A DNA stretch of 64,000 bases from Octopus bimaculoides. Its lineage: Eukaryota. The stretch covers positions 20,510,710-20,574,709 of the forward strand of contig NC_069000.1 of the NCBI RefSeq assembly GCF_001194135.2, given 5' to 3'. Shown here piece by piece: positions 13,468-27,531 of this stretch. The notes under the pieces were generated by a model. It had not been told where the DNA came from. It did no database searches and was given only the letters and a program-made list of their open reading frames with translations. Every line of letters starts with the position of its first letter. The stretch's first letter is position 1. The translations under genes and the position numbers were made by a program.

Positions 13468-13820
13468 CATACATACATACATACATACATACATACATAC
13501 ATACATACATAGAGAGATAGATTCATTCATTCATTGACTGATATACGGACAGAGATAGAGAGGGAATTGTTGTGTGAAATAACTTTGTCTCTTTGTTGAT
13601 ATTACCGAACGCACTATATCACTTGACACGTAGTAATTCATATGTCTGTATCATCTCCATTCATTTAATTGACCTCGACGAGCTACGTTTCTATAAGAAG
13701 CCTACGAATATTTAAGTTGTACGGGACCTAATCAAACTGATATATATCTAAGCCCTACTAAATGTCTCGAGTGCCAATTTCATTTTTCCCCTCACCAGTG
13801 TGTGTGTGTGTGTTGTGTGT

Positions 13821-13871
<51 letters not shown>

Positions 13872-14812
13872 NNNNNNNNNNNNNNNNNNNNNNNNNNNNN
13901 NNNNNNNNNNNNNNNNNNNNNNNNNNNNNNNNNNNNNNNNNNNNNNNNNNNNNNNNNNNNNNNNNNNNNNNNNNNNNNNNNNNNNNNNNNNNNNNNNNNN
14001 NNNNNNNNNNNNNNNNNNNNNNNNNNNNNNNNNNNNNNNNNNNNNNNNNNNNNNNNNNNNNNNNNNNNNNNNNNNNNNNNNNNNNNNNNNNNNNNNNNNN
14101 NNNNNNNNNNNNNNNNNNNNNNNNNNNNNNNNNNNNNNNNNNNNNNNNNNNNNNNNNNNNNNNNNNNNNNNNNNNNNNNNNNNNNNNNNNNNNNNNNNNN
14201 NNNNNNNNNNNNNNNNNNNNNNNNNNNNNNNNNNNNNNNNNNNNNNNNNNNNNNNNNNNNNNNNNNNNNNNNNNNNNNNNNNNNNNNNNNNNNNNNNNNN
14301 NNNNNNNNNNNNNNNNNNNNNNNNNNNNNNNNNNNNNNNNNNNNNNNNNNNNNNNNNNNNNNNNNNNNNNNNNNNNNNNNNNNNNNNNNNNNNNNNNNNN
14401 NNNNNNNNNNNNNNNNNNNNNNNNNNNNNNNNNNNNNNNNNNNNNNNNNNNNNNNNNNNNNNNNNNNNNNNNNNNNNNNNNNNNNNNNNNNNNNNNNNNN
14501 NNNNNNNNNNNNNNNNNNNNNNNNNNNNNNNNNNNNNNNNNNNNNNNNNNNNNNNNNNNNNNNNNNNNNNNNNNNNNNNNNNNNNNNNNNNNNNNNNNNN
14601 NNNNNNNNNNNNNNNNNNNNNNNNNNNNNNNNNNNNNNNNNNNNNNNNNNNNNNNNNNNNNNNNNNNNNNNNNNNNNNNNNNNNNNNNNNNNNNNNNNNN
14701 NNNNNNNNNNNNNNNNNNNNNNNNNNNNNNNNNNNNNNNNNNNNNNNNNNNNNNNNNNNNNNNNNNNNNNNNNNNNNNNNNNNNNNNNNNNNNNNNNNNN
14801 NNNNNNNNNNNN

Positions 14813-14890
<78 letters not shown>

Positions 14891-15273
14891 TGTGAGCGCA
14901 TTGTTACTAGTTGATTGAAGTCCATTTTAAAAAACATTTCGACACCACTGTTAATTACACTTCTTCATTATTCGATTAAATCAAATTTTATTGAACTATT
15001 TGCGTATTCATCGGCCTAACAACTCTCGTGATAGAAAGACGCCAGTAACGTTTAGGGCTTAACTGGGTATGTTAACAGATTGATATAGAAGGATTTTTTT
15101 ACCACTATCCACTCTATGAGCCCCGCATTGCTGTGATATATATATATAGATAGATATTATCTTTGCACATACACGTACACACATACATACATATATACAT
15201 ATATATACAGATAAACAGACTCGCAGACACAATCACAGAAGCATATGTATTTATGTACGTACGCGTATGCATG

Positions 15274-15338
<65 letters not shown>

Positions 15339-16813
15339 NNNNNNNNNNNNNNNNNNNNNNNNNNNNNNNNNNNNNNNNNNNNNNNNNNNNNNNNNNNNNN
15401 NNNNNNNNNNNNNNNNNNNNNNNNNNNNNNNNNNNNNNNNNNNNNNNNNNNNNNNNNNNNNNNNNNNNNNNNNNNNNNNNNNNNNNNNNNNNNNNNNNNN
15501 NNNNNNNNNNNNNNNNNNNNNNNNNNNNNNNNNNNNNNNNNNNNNNNNNNNNNNNNNNNNNNNNNNNNNNNNNNNNNNNNNNNNNNNNNNNNNNNNNNNN
15601 NNNNNNNNNNNNNNNNNNNNNNNNNNNNNNNNNNNNNNNNNNNNNNNNNNNNNNNNNNNNNNNNNNNNNNNNNNNNNNNNNNNNNNNNNNNNNNNNNNNN
15701 NNNNNNNNNNNNNNNNNNNNNNNNNNNNNNNNNNNNNNNNNNNNNNNNNNNNNNNNNNNNNNNNNNNNNNNNNNNNNNNNNNNNNNNNNNNNNNNNNNNN
15801 NNNNNNNNNNNNNNNNNNNNNNNNNNNNNNNNNNNNNNNNNNNNNNNNNNNNNNNNTATATATATATATATATATTTATAGAACATGACACATGTTTTAA
15901 GAAGATAATCCTCATTAGGTGGCCTAATCGATTAATAATTTTTTTCTAAATAAATCTCACAGTGATTGATCAATACAGCTAGTAATTATTAATTTATTTT
16001 ACTAAATTCTATTATTTCTTAGTGGATTCAAATTTGTTCCCTTTTTTTTTTACGGTTATTGAAGTATAATATATTTGAAACTATTCCTGTTCTAGCTCCC
16101 AGAGATGGTACAAGTTACTCTTGATTCTTATCCTGAATATATATATATTCAGGATAAGGCTCAATTAGTTATTCCTTGCATGCTCTCAACAAAACTACAC
16201 TCAGTACTGAGATGTCAAAGTTGGATCTAAACATAAACTTATAAAAAATAAAATTTAACAAATTAATTGTGTTTATTGTTGTATCGTTTTGATATTTAAA
16301 GGTTCGAAAGAATTAGTATTTGAAATTTCGATTGGATCAACTCTTTCTAAAATCATTAGAAAGAAATAAAACTAATAACAAGACTGAAGAAAATTTCTAT
16401 AACTGTAATACCCAGCAGTGAGACGAAAATACTCCATTGATTCTCTCGTCTTCTGTTTTATCAGATATGCCCTTTAATAAAAGTGTGACAACCCGTGAGA
16501 CCAGAAACGTTTTGTATTCCGCAGAACACAGAGTGAAGTATTCGATTATTTATTACGATGATAATAAGTTGCTTTTTCTCAGTGGATGCATATGTGTTAC
16601 TTCATACGGATGTGTATGTGAAATTGTACCTGACTGAAGATGTCAGACCGAACTGGTCGTTAGATCCAACTGGCTTAACGAAACAGAGAAATATTACGAA
16701 CAATGCGCGTTAACTCTTTAAATGTACTATATTCATACTGAGAAGTCATTTGAAAAGGCAAGGAAACTACGGATTGATAAGTTATAGATTTTAAAGTTCA
16801 GTTTAAAAATCGC

Positions 16814-16849
<36 letters not shown>

Positions 16850-16926
16850 GTAGATAGAAATAGATAAACAGACGCGCAGACTCACAGACACAGACACATA
16901 TGTATATGTATACGTACGCGTATATA

Positions 16927-16968
<42 letters not shown>

Positions 16969-17072
16969 CATATATATGTACATATATATATGTATGTGTT
17001 TGTGTATACAAATATATGTGTGTGTGCGCGTGTACGAGTGTGTGTATGTATGCATGTATGTATGTATGCATG

Positions 17073-17103
<31 letters not shown>

Positions 17104-17506
17104 CTGTGTGTGCATGAGAAATTACGATAAACGCAAGTTTATATCATTAGCTCCTACGTATGTTTCACCATTATGGTTGCTTGAGACCCTACTTTGGATG
17201 TTTAATCAGAACGAATCAACCGGGAATACATTATTGCGTAAAGTTATATGCACACGCACACACACACAAACATACAAACACATACATTTGTATAACCCTC
17301 ATACATGCATACACGTACGTGAGTATATACGTTTGAATGTTTGTGTATGTTTGTTTGAGTGTGTGTGTCACTGACCGCTAGAGAAACACACTCAAGAAGT
17401 GTTTTGTAGTGCAAAATAAAATCAAGATAAAGCACATTAGAAATATAGTAGAGGTAGTTATGGTTTAAGGAAACGTCTAAAAGAAAAACTGGTCCATATG
17501 TGTGTA

Positions 17507-17541
<35 letters not shown>

Positions 17542-18200
17542 NNNNNNNNNNNNNNNNNNNNNNNNNNNNNNNNNNNNNNNNNNNNNNNNNNNNNNNNNNN
17601 NNNNNNNNNNNNNNNNNNNNNNNNNNNNNNNNNNNNNNNNNNNNNNNNNNNNNNNNNNNNNNNNNNNNNNNNNNNNNNNNNNNNNNNNNNNNNNNNNNNN
17701 NNNNNNNNNNNNNNNNNNNNNNNNNNNNNNNNNNNNNNNNNNNNNNNNNNNNNNNNNNNNNNNNNNNNNNNNNNNNNNNNNNNNNNNNNNNNNNNNNNNN
17801 NNNNNNNNNNNNNNNNNNNNNNNNNNNNNNNNNNNNNNNNNNNNNNNNNNNNNNNNNNNNNNNNNNNNNNNNNNNNNNNNNNNNNNNNNNNNNNNNNNNN
17901 NNNNNNNNNNNNNNNNNNNNNNNNNNNNNNNNNNNNNNNNNNNNNNNNNNNNNNNNNNNNNNNNNNNNNNNNNNNNNNNNNNNNNNNNNNNNNNNNNNNN
18001 NNNNNNNNNNNNNNNNNNNNNNNNNNNNNNNNNNNNNNNNNNNNNNNNNNNNNNNNNNNNNNNNNNNNNNNNNNNNNNNNNNNNNNNNNNNNNNNNNNNN
18101 NNNNNNNNNNNNNNNNNNNNNNNNNNNNNNNNNNNNNNNNNNNNNNNNNNNNNNNNNNNNNNNNNNNNNNNNNNNNNNNNNNNNNNNNNNNNNNNNNNNN

Positions 18201-18236
<36 letters not shown>

Positions 18237-18580
18237 CATTATATACATTACATATATTATATATAATATATATTATATATATGTGTGTGTATACAAAGTC
18301 GTTATGTCCTGTAATACGGTATTTTTTGGGGAGTAGTACAGCCCACTGTCTCCCTTCGGCCATCACATTTTGGATGTTTGTCTAGGTCATGAATGGGGAG
18401 TCATGCCAGTGTCTATGTCTCGTGGCACCAACTACCCGAACGATTAGAATATCCGAAATAATGGTATGGTATGGCTGTAGTCTCTCTTTCTTTTTCTCTT
18501 TTTTTTAATATTATCACAGATACGTACATACATACACCTACAACTACATACACAGACAAGCAACCAAACACACACACATT

Positions 18581-18628
<48 letters not shown>

Positions 18629-19353
18629 CGTTATTAACATGTGTTCGTGTGTTATGTATACATAACACACACACACATAAGTATATTTATACGAAGAGAG
18701 AGAGAAACCGAGAAAATGAAGGTGGGGGCAAAAGTATTGTACATTTAGCTTTATCTCTGTTAATCTAGAGAGAAAGTCCAATAATACATTCTGTCATGAG
18801 ATATCGAGTCTCACTCAAATGTTACCCTCTATTCAATAATTGACATTTATTTTGACAACTTTCCAAAGATGTAAGGTCAAGTTGACATTGGTAGCTGCTT
18901 TGAAATTAGACTTGTGAAAGAATTTCAACCTCCCTTACTTCTCTCTCTTTCTAACTCAGCCTCACACTTTTCTAAATGTGTATGTGTATGTATATATATA
19001 TATATATATGTACGCGTCGGCCTGTGTCTGGGTGTGCATATTCGCGTGCTTGCCTGCCTGCCTGCCTGCCTGCCTGCCAGTCTGTCTGTCTATCTATATA
19101 TCTGTGTGTGTGTGTGTGAATATGTGAATGCGTGTGTGAATCTTTGTGTTTAGAAGAATGAAACCTGTTGAAAATTTCACAATCAACTATGATGTTAATG
19201 TTCCTGACCTCAACAATGCTGATAAACTAGCAAGAATTAAACTAGGTCATAAGTTTTGATACTAACATTAATATCTCTACACCAATCCTTGTAACATATG
19301 TCTGTGTCTATGGTAGCCGGTTTTTTTTTTTTTTACTTATTATTTAAACAATC

Positions 19354-19399
<46 letters not shown>

Positions 19400-19793
19400 A
19401 ATCTTATGTTCACTTGTCTAACTAGTGGTCGGTTTATATTTCAGTTTATAGTTATATGTTTGTAATACTATAGTCTTATAGTTACATTCATGTATATTTT
19501 TATACGTGAATGTCTGCTTTTGTGTGTGCGCGCGCGCGTTACCATGCTTTGTGTCAGTACATAGTAATTTCATTACATATAATACAGTTGCTCTGGCGAA
19601 AAGTGTCGGGTACTAACCTCAACTCTTATGATGTCTGTTTTGTAGTCCGTTAACTCACAAAACTATTCAAAACTCAACAGTATTTCACTAAAATCGATTC
19701 AGTCGTAAAACGTTTATATCTATATAGCTATCTATCTATAAATCTATCTAGATATCTATCTATCTATAAATCTATCTATCTATCTATCTATAA

Positions 19794-19827
<34 letters not shown>

Positions 19828-19903
19828 AAATCTATCTATAAATGTATCTGTCTGTTTGTCTGTCTGTCCGTCTGTATGTCTATTCATTTATTTGTTCATT
19901 TAT

Positions 19904-19937
<34 letters not shown>

Positions 19938-21007
19938 TTATTTCTCTTTTCTCTCTACCTGTTTCTACAGAAATTTGGCATTATTACTCCAGACATATAC
20001 TTTTACGATAGAAGGATCTGAGTTCAGAGATATTTTGCTGCTATTTTTAGCAATTCGAGCTATCACATTGTGGTTCTTTCGTTCTGTACTAGTCTTTTTG
20101 GCCTATCTACCTAGTTAGCTTCATTTTCTTTCTTTTTTTTTTTTTCTTTGTTTTCGATAACTTTTAGCATACGTATAAAATCCATAAACGACAGAATAAA
20201 AACAAGGGGACCAAACTGTACTGAAATAGCAAGAATAACCTGAAACGATTTCTGGAAGGAACACTTTTCAAGCAATTATTATAATATATACATGTTGCAA
20301 GAGTATATAAACGCAAGAAGAAACATACCAAAAACCTGTACCTTATTAATACTGTTTTATATATATATATATATATATTGAGGTGTGTTGCAGCTACATT
20401 TAAATTCCAAACATTGCACAAGCTTTGGGATCACAATGAACAATCTAAAAACTGTCAAGGTAGGAAACTAACCCATCATTGATATCCTACGATATATCAG
20501 TTATTGTTATTCTGTCAATTATCATATAAGGACATGGTATAAAACCGACATATAGATATCACAAGTGACGTGTCATTTACTCACGGTTTATTAGCAATTT
20601 ATTTTGCAACACCAATAAATAAGTTTGTCTTCAACTAATCTTAATAAAATGCTGACTTCCCCGACTTGTATTTGTTTTCTTTCGTGATTTCTCTTTGTTT
20701 TTTTTTGTGTTTGTTGTTATTTTTTCTTTGTTTTTTTTTTGCTTTTGTTTTTTTGGTTAATACATCCATTCTCACTAACGAGTAAACAATTCATAAAACG
20801 CAGGAAATTGAAAATATTTTATATATTAAAATTATTGTTAGATAAATATGTAACAACAAAGAATTGTGTAAACGTGTGTAGGCATGACTATGTAAGTATT
20901 TATGTACGTGCGAATGTAAACGTGTGTGTCCGTGTGTGTATGTGTTGATTGACAGATACATAGATTGATACATACATACATACATACATACATACATAAA
21001 TACATGC

Positions 21008-21147
21008 AGGAGTGGCTGTGTGGTAAGTAGCTTGCCCACCAACCACATGTTCCAGGTTCAGTCCCACTGCATGGCACCTTGGGCAAGTGTCTTTCACTAT
21101 ACCCATGGGCCGAGCAAAGCCTTGTGAGTGGATTTGGTAGATGGAAA

Positions 21148-21204
<57 letters not shown>

Positions 21205-21432
21205 GTGTGTCTATATGTTTGTGAGTCTGTGTTTGTCCTACCCACCCCAACATCGCTTGACAACCGATGCTGGTGTGTTTTACGTCCCCGTACCCTAGCG
21301 GTTCGGCAAAAAACCGATAGAATAAGTACTAGGCTTACAAAGAATAAGACCTGGGGTAGATTTGCTCGATTAAAGGTGGTACTCCAGCATGACTGCAGTC
21401 AAATGACTGAAACAAGTAAAAGAATAAAAGAA
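21008..21432 (+). mobile_element. Full-length tRNA-derived SINE family A with internal (TA)n and CORE-like segment
   Basis: GGAGTGGCTGTGTGGTAAG A box, GGTTCAGTCCCA B box, GGCACCTTGGGCAAGTGTC CORE-like block, 3' tail CCAGCATG..GCAGTCAAATGACTGAAACAAGTAAAAGA(ATAAAAGA). Confidence 0.9.
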
Positions 21433-22375
21433 TATATTTACACATTTCTTTGTTGTGCATTTCCACTCGTTTGCATCTACCTTCTTCTTCTCGTGTTATC
21501 ATTGTGATTGATCTTGATTTGCAAAATGAATAGACCATGTCCCCAGAGTCCTATGATTGCTTGGTGACACAAGGCGTGTTATAAAAACCTGTCTAGACCG
21601 CGTCTCCAAAGCAAGAAACCATTAGTAACTCATTTTTATACTGTGTACATAAAATTTCATTTATCTCTCACTGGATGGAGTACATTTTTTGTTGATCGTA
21701 NNNNNNNNNNNNNNNNNNNNNNNNNNNNNNNNNNNNNNNNNNNNNNNNNNNNNNNNNNNNNNNNNNNNNNNNNNNNNNNNNNNNNNNNNNNNNNNNNNNN
21801 NNNNNNNNNNNNNNNNNNNNNNNNNNNNNNNNNNNNNNNNNNNNNNNNNNNNNNNNNNNNNNNNNNNNNNNNNNNNNNNNNNNNNNNNNNNNNNNNNNNN
21901 NNNNNNNNNNNNNNNNNNNNNNNNNNNNNNNNNNNNNNNNNNNNNNNNNNNNNNNNNNNNNNNNNNNNNNNNNNNNNNNNNNNNNNNNNNNNNNNNNNNN
22001 NNNNNNNNNNNNNNNNNNNNNNNNNNNNNNNNNNNNNNNNNNNNNNNNNNNNNNNNNNNNNNNNNNNNNNNNNNNNNNNNNNNNNNNNNNNNNNNNNNNN
22101 NNNNNNNNNNNNNNNNNNNNNNNNNNNNNNNNNNNNNNNNNNNNNNNNNNNNNNNNNNNNNNNNNNNNNNNNNNNNNNNNNNNNNNNNNNNNNNNNNNNN
22201 NNNNNNNNNNNNNNNNNNNNNNNNNNNNNNNNNNNNNNNNNNNNNNNNNNNNNNNNNNNNNNNNNNNNNNNNNNNNNNNNNNNNNNNNNNNNNNNNNNNN
22301 NNNNNNNNNNNNNNNNNNNNNNNNNNNNNNNNNNNNNNNNNNNNNNNNNNNNNNNNNNNNNNNNNNNNNNNNNNA

Positions 22376-22510
22376 GTTTGCCTACCAACCACATGGTTCC
22401 GGGTTCAGTCCTACTGCGTGGCATCTTGGCCAAGTGTCTTCTACTATAGCCTCGGTCCGACCAAAGCCTTGTGAGTAGATTTGGTAGACGGAAATTGGAA
22501 GAAGCCCGTC

Positions 22511-22549
<39 letters not shown>

Positions 22550-22743
22550 TGTGTGTATATGTTTGTGCTTGACAACCGATGCTGGTGTGTTTACGTCCCT
22601 GTAACTTAGCGGTTCGGCAAAAAGAGAACCGATAGAATAAGTACTAGGCTTACAAAAAATAAGCTTTGCTCGACTATAAGGGCGGTGTTCCAGCATGGCC
22701 GCAGTCAAATGACTGAAACAAGCAAAAGAGTAAAAGAGTAAAA
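22376..22743 (+). mobile_element. SINE family A copy (5' end in gap)
   Basis: Colinear homology to 21008-21432, including the B box, internal microsatellite and (GAGTAAAA) tail. Confidence 0.9.
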
Positions 22744-22952
22744 GGGTATGACCATTTTAATTACTTTAGCAGGATTAAACACTGAAATAATTTTGGCCCT
22801 CTTTTCAAGATGATATACATCACAGTAATAAGGTTGGTTTATATTTCAATTCTCATATCCAGATTTCTCCTTGCTTGACGGGAAATTAATAAACAATTAT
22901 GACTTTTAAAGTTGTTTTCAGTATTTCACTGTTTGTCTCTTGCACATTCACA

Positions 22953-23000
<48 letters not shown>

Positions 23001-23299
23001 TACAGACAGACAGACACACACACACACATATATATACACGTGCGTGCGCATAAACATGTGAAATTAGTGTCATACCTGTGTGTGTGTCTTTGCACGCGTT
23101 CGTGTGTTTGTGCGCACGTTATCCTTTTAGTCAGAAGGAAGGAAGCACCCATGACACGTTACAGGGCCTCCAAGACAAGTGGTGGGGGAACAGAGGATGA
23201 TATTCTCAACAGGAAGCTTGTCCTGAATGCTTGCAACAGAGTGGACTTTGCTAAAGTCAACCAAGTACCAGATGGTGGCGTTTCACCAAGCCAACTCAA

Positions 23300-23530
23300 T
23301 TGGGCCATAGCGGGAGCTGGATTCATAAGACAAAGAGCCGGAACAAATAACACAAACTATTCGGTCCCATCCTCTTACAGTTTTGCCAATTCACCGTCTT
23401 TGACTGGCACTTCTTTATCGACCCTGAAGATTGGGAAGCGAAGTTGATTTGAATCCGGAGCACAGAGAATTGGATCAGATACAGCGAAGCATTCTGTCCA
23501 GCGCACTAAAGTCTCTGCCAGGTCATCCGG
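23300..23530 (-). mobile_element. Two old, tandem SINE family B-like heads
   Basis: Reverse complement GATGACCTGGCAGAGACTTTAGTGCGCTGGACAGAATGCTT...CAGGGTCGATAAAGAAGTGCCAGTC is followed by GGTGAATTGGCAAAACTGTAAG...TTCCGGCTCTTTG. Both resemble the head at 30773/54485. Confidence 0.55.
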
Positions 23531-24049
23531 TGTGTATACATGCGTGTGTCTGTGCGCGCGCATGTCTGCACATGTATATGAAATGATAGATTGGGGGGGG
23601 GGGAAGGAGAGTGAAAGAGAGATAGAGAGCAAGCGGAGTAGGTACCGTGTGTGATACATACGCATAGTTTGTAGATGGATTTAAGCGCTCGTACAAGAGT
23701 TTCGTAGATTTACAATAAAAGTAAGTCAAACGAGATAATACTTGGAATATTTTGTAGCATAGGAAAGGAGCATTTGAACCAGATAATATCAAATGATTTT
23801 CAGTGAAGGTTAGGGGTTTAAAATCGACTTATATATTTGATATTAGATTTCAGGATATTAAAGTTTGTATATTTGTGAATCCTTTAATAACTTATGGACA
23901 CTGTAGAATGCAATAATTATCTTACGACGATGTGTTATGACTATCAATACACACTGTTTTATTCTTGTCAAAATCGATAAACTTTTTGCATATATATTAC
24001 AGCTGTCACTTCTCCCATTTAAATACATGAAATAAGTGGCACCTTTCGT

Positions 24050-24815
24050 GGTTACATGTACGCCAATTGCTGTCAATTACAAATTACATGTGTCTCCACA
24101 GGTCAATTCTCATTATTAAATATGTCTGTGTGTCCCCCCGCCCAAATTATTCAACCTCTATGTATGTTGCAGCTGCCAGTTTCTCACAGGTATACTTGAT
24201 ATAGTTGTCACTTGTCACCGTTATATGCATCTTACAAGTGTCAAATCCTCATAGCTACATCCACCTACTGCCATCCTTTCGTAGTTACATTTATGTTACA
24301 ATGGTCACCTTCTTACAGTTACATATACCACTATACCCTTCTCATAAATGATCTTACAAACACCACCTTTACATGTGCTATATTTCCTCAATCGCATGTG
24401 TAACTTTTACCTTCCATGTCACCCTCTAACAGTTACATGTCACATGTAACTTATAACTGCCAATTGTTCACAGTTACGTGTTACACTTGTCACCCTCTCA
24501 CAGTTACATTTATGTCGCAACTGTCACCTTTCCCACTGTTACAGGTATAAAGATCTGACACCTTCTCACAGTTACATATATATCTTACAATTTTCATTTT
24601 CTTGCAGTTAATGTCACCTGCTCCCAATTGCATATTTGCTACAAATGTTGCCTCTTGATAATTCCATGCGTCTTGTAGTCATCGCCTTCACAATTGGTAC
24701 ATTCTCACAGTTATATACGTGCTATAGCTCTATAACTCACTTTTTACTTTACACTAATATATATGTTACAACAGTTACATTCTCATAGTTGTATGTATCT
24801 TACAACTGCCACTAT
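24050..24815 (+). repeat. Degenerate minisatellite, ~33-35 bp unit (approx. GTCACCTTCTCACAGTTACATATATGTTACAACT)
   Basis: The motif TCAC..TCTCACAGTTACAT recurs more than 10 times. Confidence 0.75.
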
Positions 24816-25999
24816 TTTTTGAAGCAGTGTACCTTGGACAAAATTACCACTATTTTTCAATCACATATATGACATATATTTTTAAAATGTCGTCTTCTTA
24901 GCGTCACATGTATCGTACAATTATCACACTCTTACATTTGAAACTATGCGAAAGTAAGAATCGTAAGATACATGACTGTAAGAGAAATTTAAAAACTATC
25001 CCCTTATTAGAGTTATGCATAATACACCTTATCATCCACACATTTGGTAATATTGTCCAAGGTACACTATGCTTCAAAAAGTTGTGATATTCATGGCTGG
25101 AATGCCTTTCTCTATATATCTTATGCAATAGGGCCGACTTGGACTAAACAACAAAAGTAACAAAGTAACTTACTATTGTCTTTCTGTTTGTTGTTCTTTT
25201 CTCTTGTAATTTTTAATGAAGAAATCAATTTTGCATTGTTGTTGGTTCTGTGTCATATATTGAATAAATCATATAGCTTATTCAGCTTAATGCTATTGTT
25301 ATACATATATGTCACAGCTATAGTTCAATTGCATTCACAATATCATTTGTTAATGCTATTCAGTCTACCAGCTGAATTTATAACGTATTGTTATTCAAAC
25401 ACTTACCAGACTCTCTTCCATGGCTCACATGTTATCTTCTCCGTTATACAACAGACCCCGCTGCTGTTTATTTTATGCTAAGCTATTATATTTAATCGTA
25501 TTGTTATTTCTACTGATATATCACTATGCTAAACTCGTAAATTCGTAGCTGTTGTAGAAATATGTTTATTATAATTCTTAGCCGAGTTCTTGTAAAAATA
25601 GGTATAGCATATTATTATCAGCGTATGGTAATTAATAGTTGACAAGTTATTAATTATAAGTTGAAATAAATTTTGTCTTTATTGATTCTTCTTAGGGGTC
25701 TATCTGTGTCTCTGCGTGTCCTTCAGTGTGTCTAAACGTGTGCCATGAATTATGATGTTTTGTCATTGGTCTTCATGCGTTCTATGTGTAAGTATGTGTA
25801 CAACAATGGTCAAAATACTCGGTATTCATAGAGATTTTGTCGCTTCTACGTTATTACATTAGCTCGTCGTTTAGCAATCACCTGAAAAAATACAGTTTAA
25901 TAGATCTTTACTCTCAACCAACATGTCTATGCTGATATACTGTGATGTGTTATGACTTAACATATGCAGCATTGAGATTACATTTCGATTTAGCCAAGC

Positions 26000-26360
26000 T
26001 TAATAATTATATCTGATTATATATTTGATGTACTATGATTTACAGTCAATCAATGCAACATTCTGATTCTATTATTTATTAGAGTCGACAATCTTTATCC
26101 GTGTTTCTGTAATGTATTAGAATAACCTAGTGCTATACTGTCGTTCTATGATCTGTCAGGATCATCTAAATCAATAGTACGGTTCTATTATTCATTGGGG
26201 TCAGCCAATGCTACGCTGTCGCTGTAATTAATTAGAATCAACAAATGCTATACTGTGGCTATAGTTTGATCAACTAAGACTTATTAGAGTCAATCCATAG
26301 TATACAGTCTAGTCACAATCTGATTTATAATGATTTATCAGAATCAACCGATACTCCATT
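26000..26360 (+). repeat. Degenerate minisatellite, ~38-40 bp unit (approx. TGATTTATTAGAGTCAACCAATGCTATACTGTGGCTATA)
   Basis: TTAGA(A/G)TCAA.C.ATGCTATACTGT recurs. Confidence 0.6.
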
Positions 26361-26563
26361 GTGAATTGTGTTTAACAATTACTGTGATTGGCCTTTTATC
26401 GATCACCGTTTCAAATCAGTGAATATGTTGAGATTGTAATTGAATGCTGGCTGTCACTTTCCACTTTCGGATCAGTGTTATTTCGTCGTAAGGAAAATGT
26501 AATTGTTAATCGAGGATAGCTTAATAAATAACACTAGGGTTAGATCTACATGTTGAAATTTTG

Positions 26564-26765
26564 TCATTGTGACCACACATTGTTGCCAGTCAATGTAATG
26601 TGATTACCAGATGAGGAATTAAGTGTGATTGTATAATCATCCACTGGATTTGGGATTCCAATGTTATAGAGAAGTGATTTAAGAATAACTGTAACGTTAT
26701 TATGACCACTAATCAAGGCAGGATTTGTGGTTAGGATCAGTTGAAGTGCCATTGGAATGACGTAA
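26564..26765 (-). CDS. Candidate exon of an unidentified gene (YVIPMALQLILTTNPALISGHNNVTVILKSLLYNIGIPNPVDDYTITLNSSSGNHITLTGNNVWSQ*)
   Basis: One of very few non-repetitive ORFs in the track, with an upstream TTAATTGCAG acceptor-like site and NxT/S sequons. No homology recognised. Confidence 0.25.
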
Positions 26766-27461
26766 CTGCAATTAACTTTAGGTGTCTAATTTTGTACCGA
26801 ATGCCTTTTATGTAACGTGCGTGGGAATGCAGAGATTGTGCGTGTGTGTTTGTGTGTGCGTGCGTGTGTGTGTGTGTGTGTGCGTGTGTGAGTATATATA
26901 TGTGTATATATGTATATGTATATATATATACATGCATATATACATACATACATATATATATGCATGTATGTATGTACACACGTCTAGACATATTTACATA
27001 CACAATTTAAATGAATTTTCAACAGCAAATGCATTTCTGTGTATGTGTTTCTCTGTGCATGTGTGTGTGTGTGTGTGTGTGTGTGACACAGAGATAGATG
27101 GAGAAGAGAGAGGGGGAGAAAGAGAAGTGGGAGTGAGTGAGTGAGTGAATGAGTGAGTGATTCAAATTATTGAATTGATGAATGGACAAGCTTATATAAA
27201 GTTCCCCATATATTTCTAACTGTTGTATTTGCAACAGGTATGTTAAATCTTTTTTTTTTTAACGGTGTACGTTATAATAATTGTTAAACAATTCACTGTG
27301 TTGGATCTTTTGATATCATCGGCGATGTGGACAACCAATCAGGAGTCTTCGTGTATGTAAAAAGGTCACCAGTGTGTGTGCGTGTGTGTGTGTATATGTT
27401 GCACCTTTGTAGAGCAGCCGATAGTCGATACCATTCATATATCATTCACATGTAATTTGTT

Positions 27462-27531
<70 letters not shown>

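Noticed and set aside
16630-16690. CTGAAGA...GACCGAAC as a hammerhead
   Set aside because: Helix II cannot form and the GAAA is broken.
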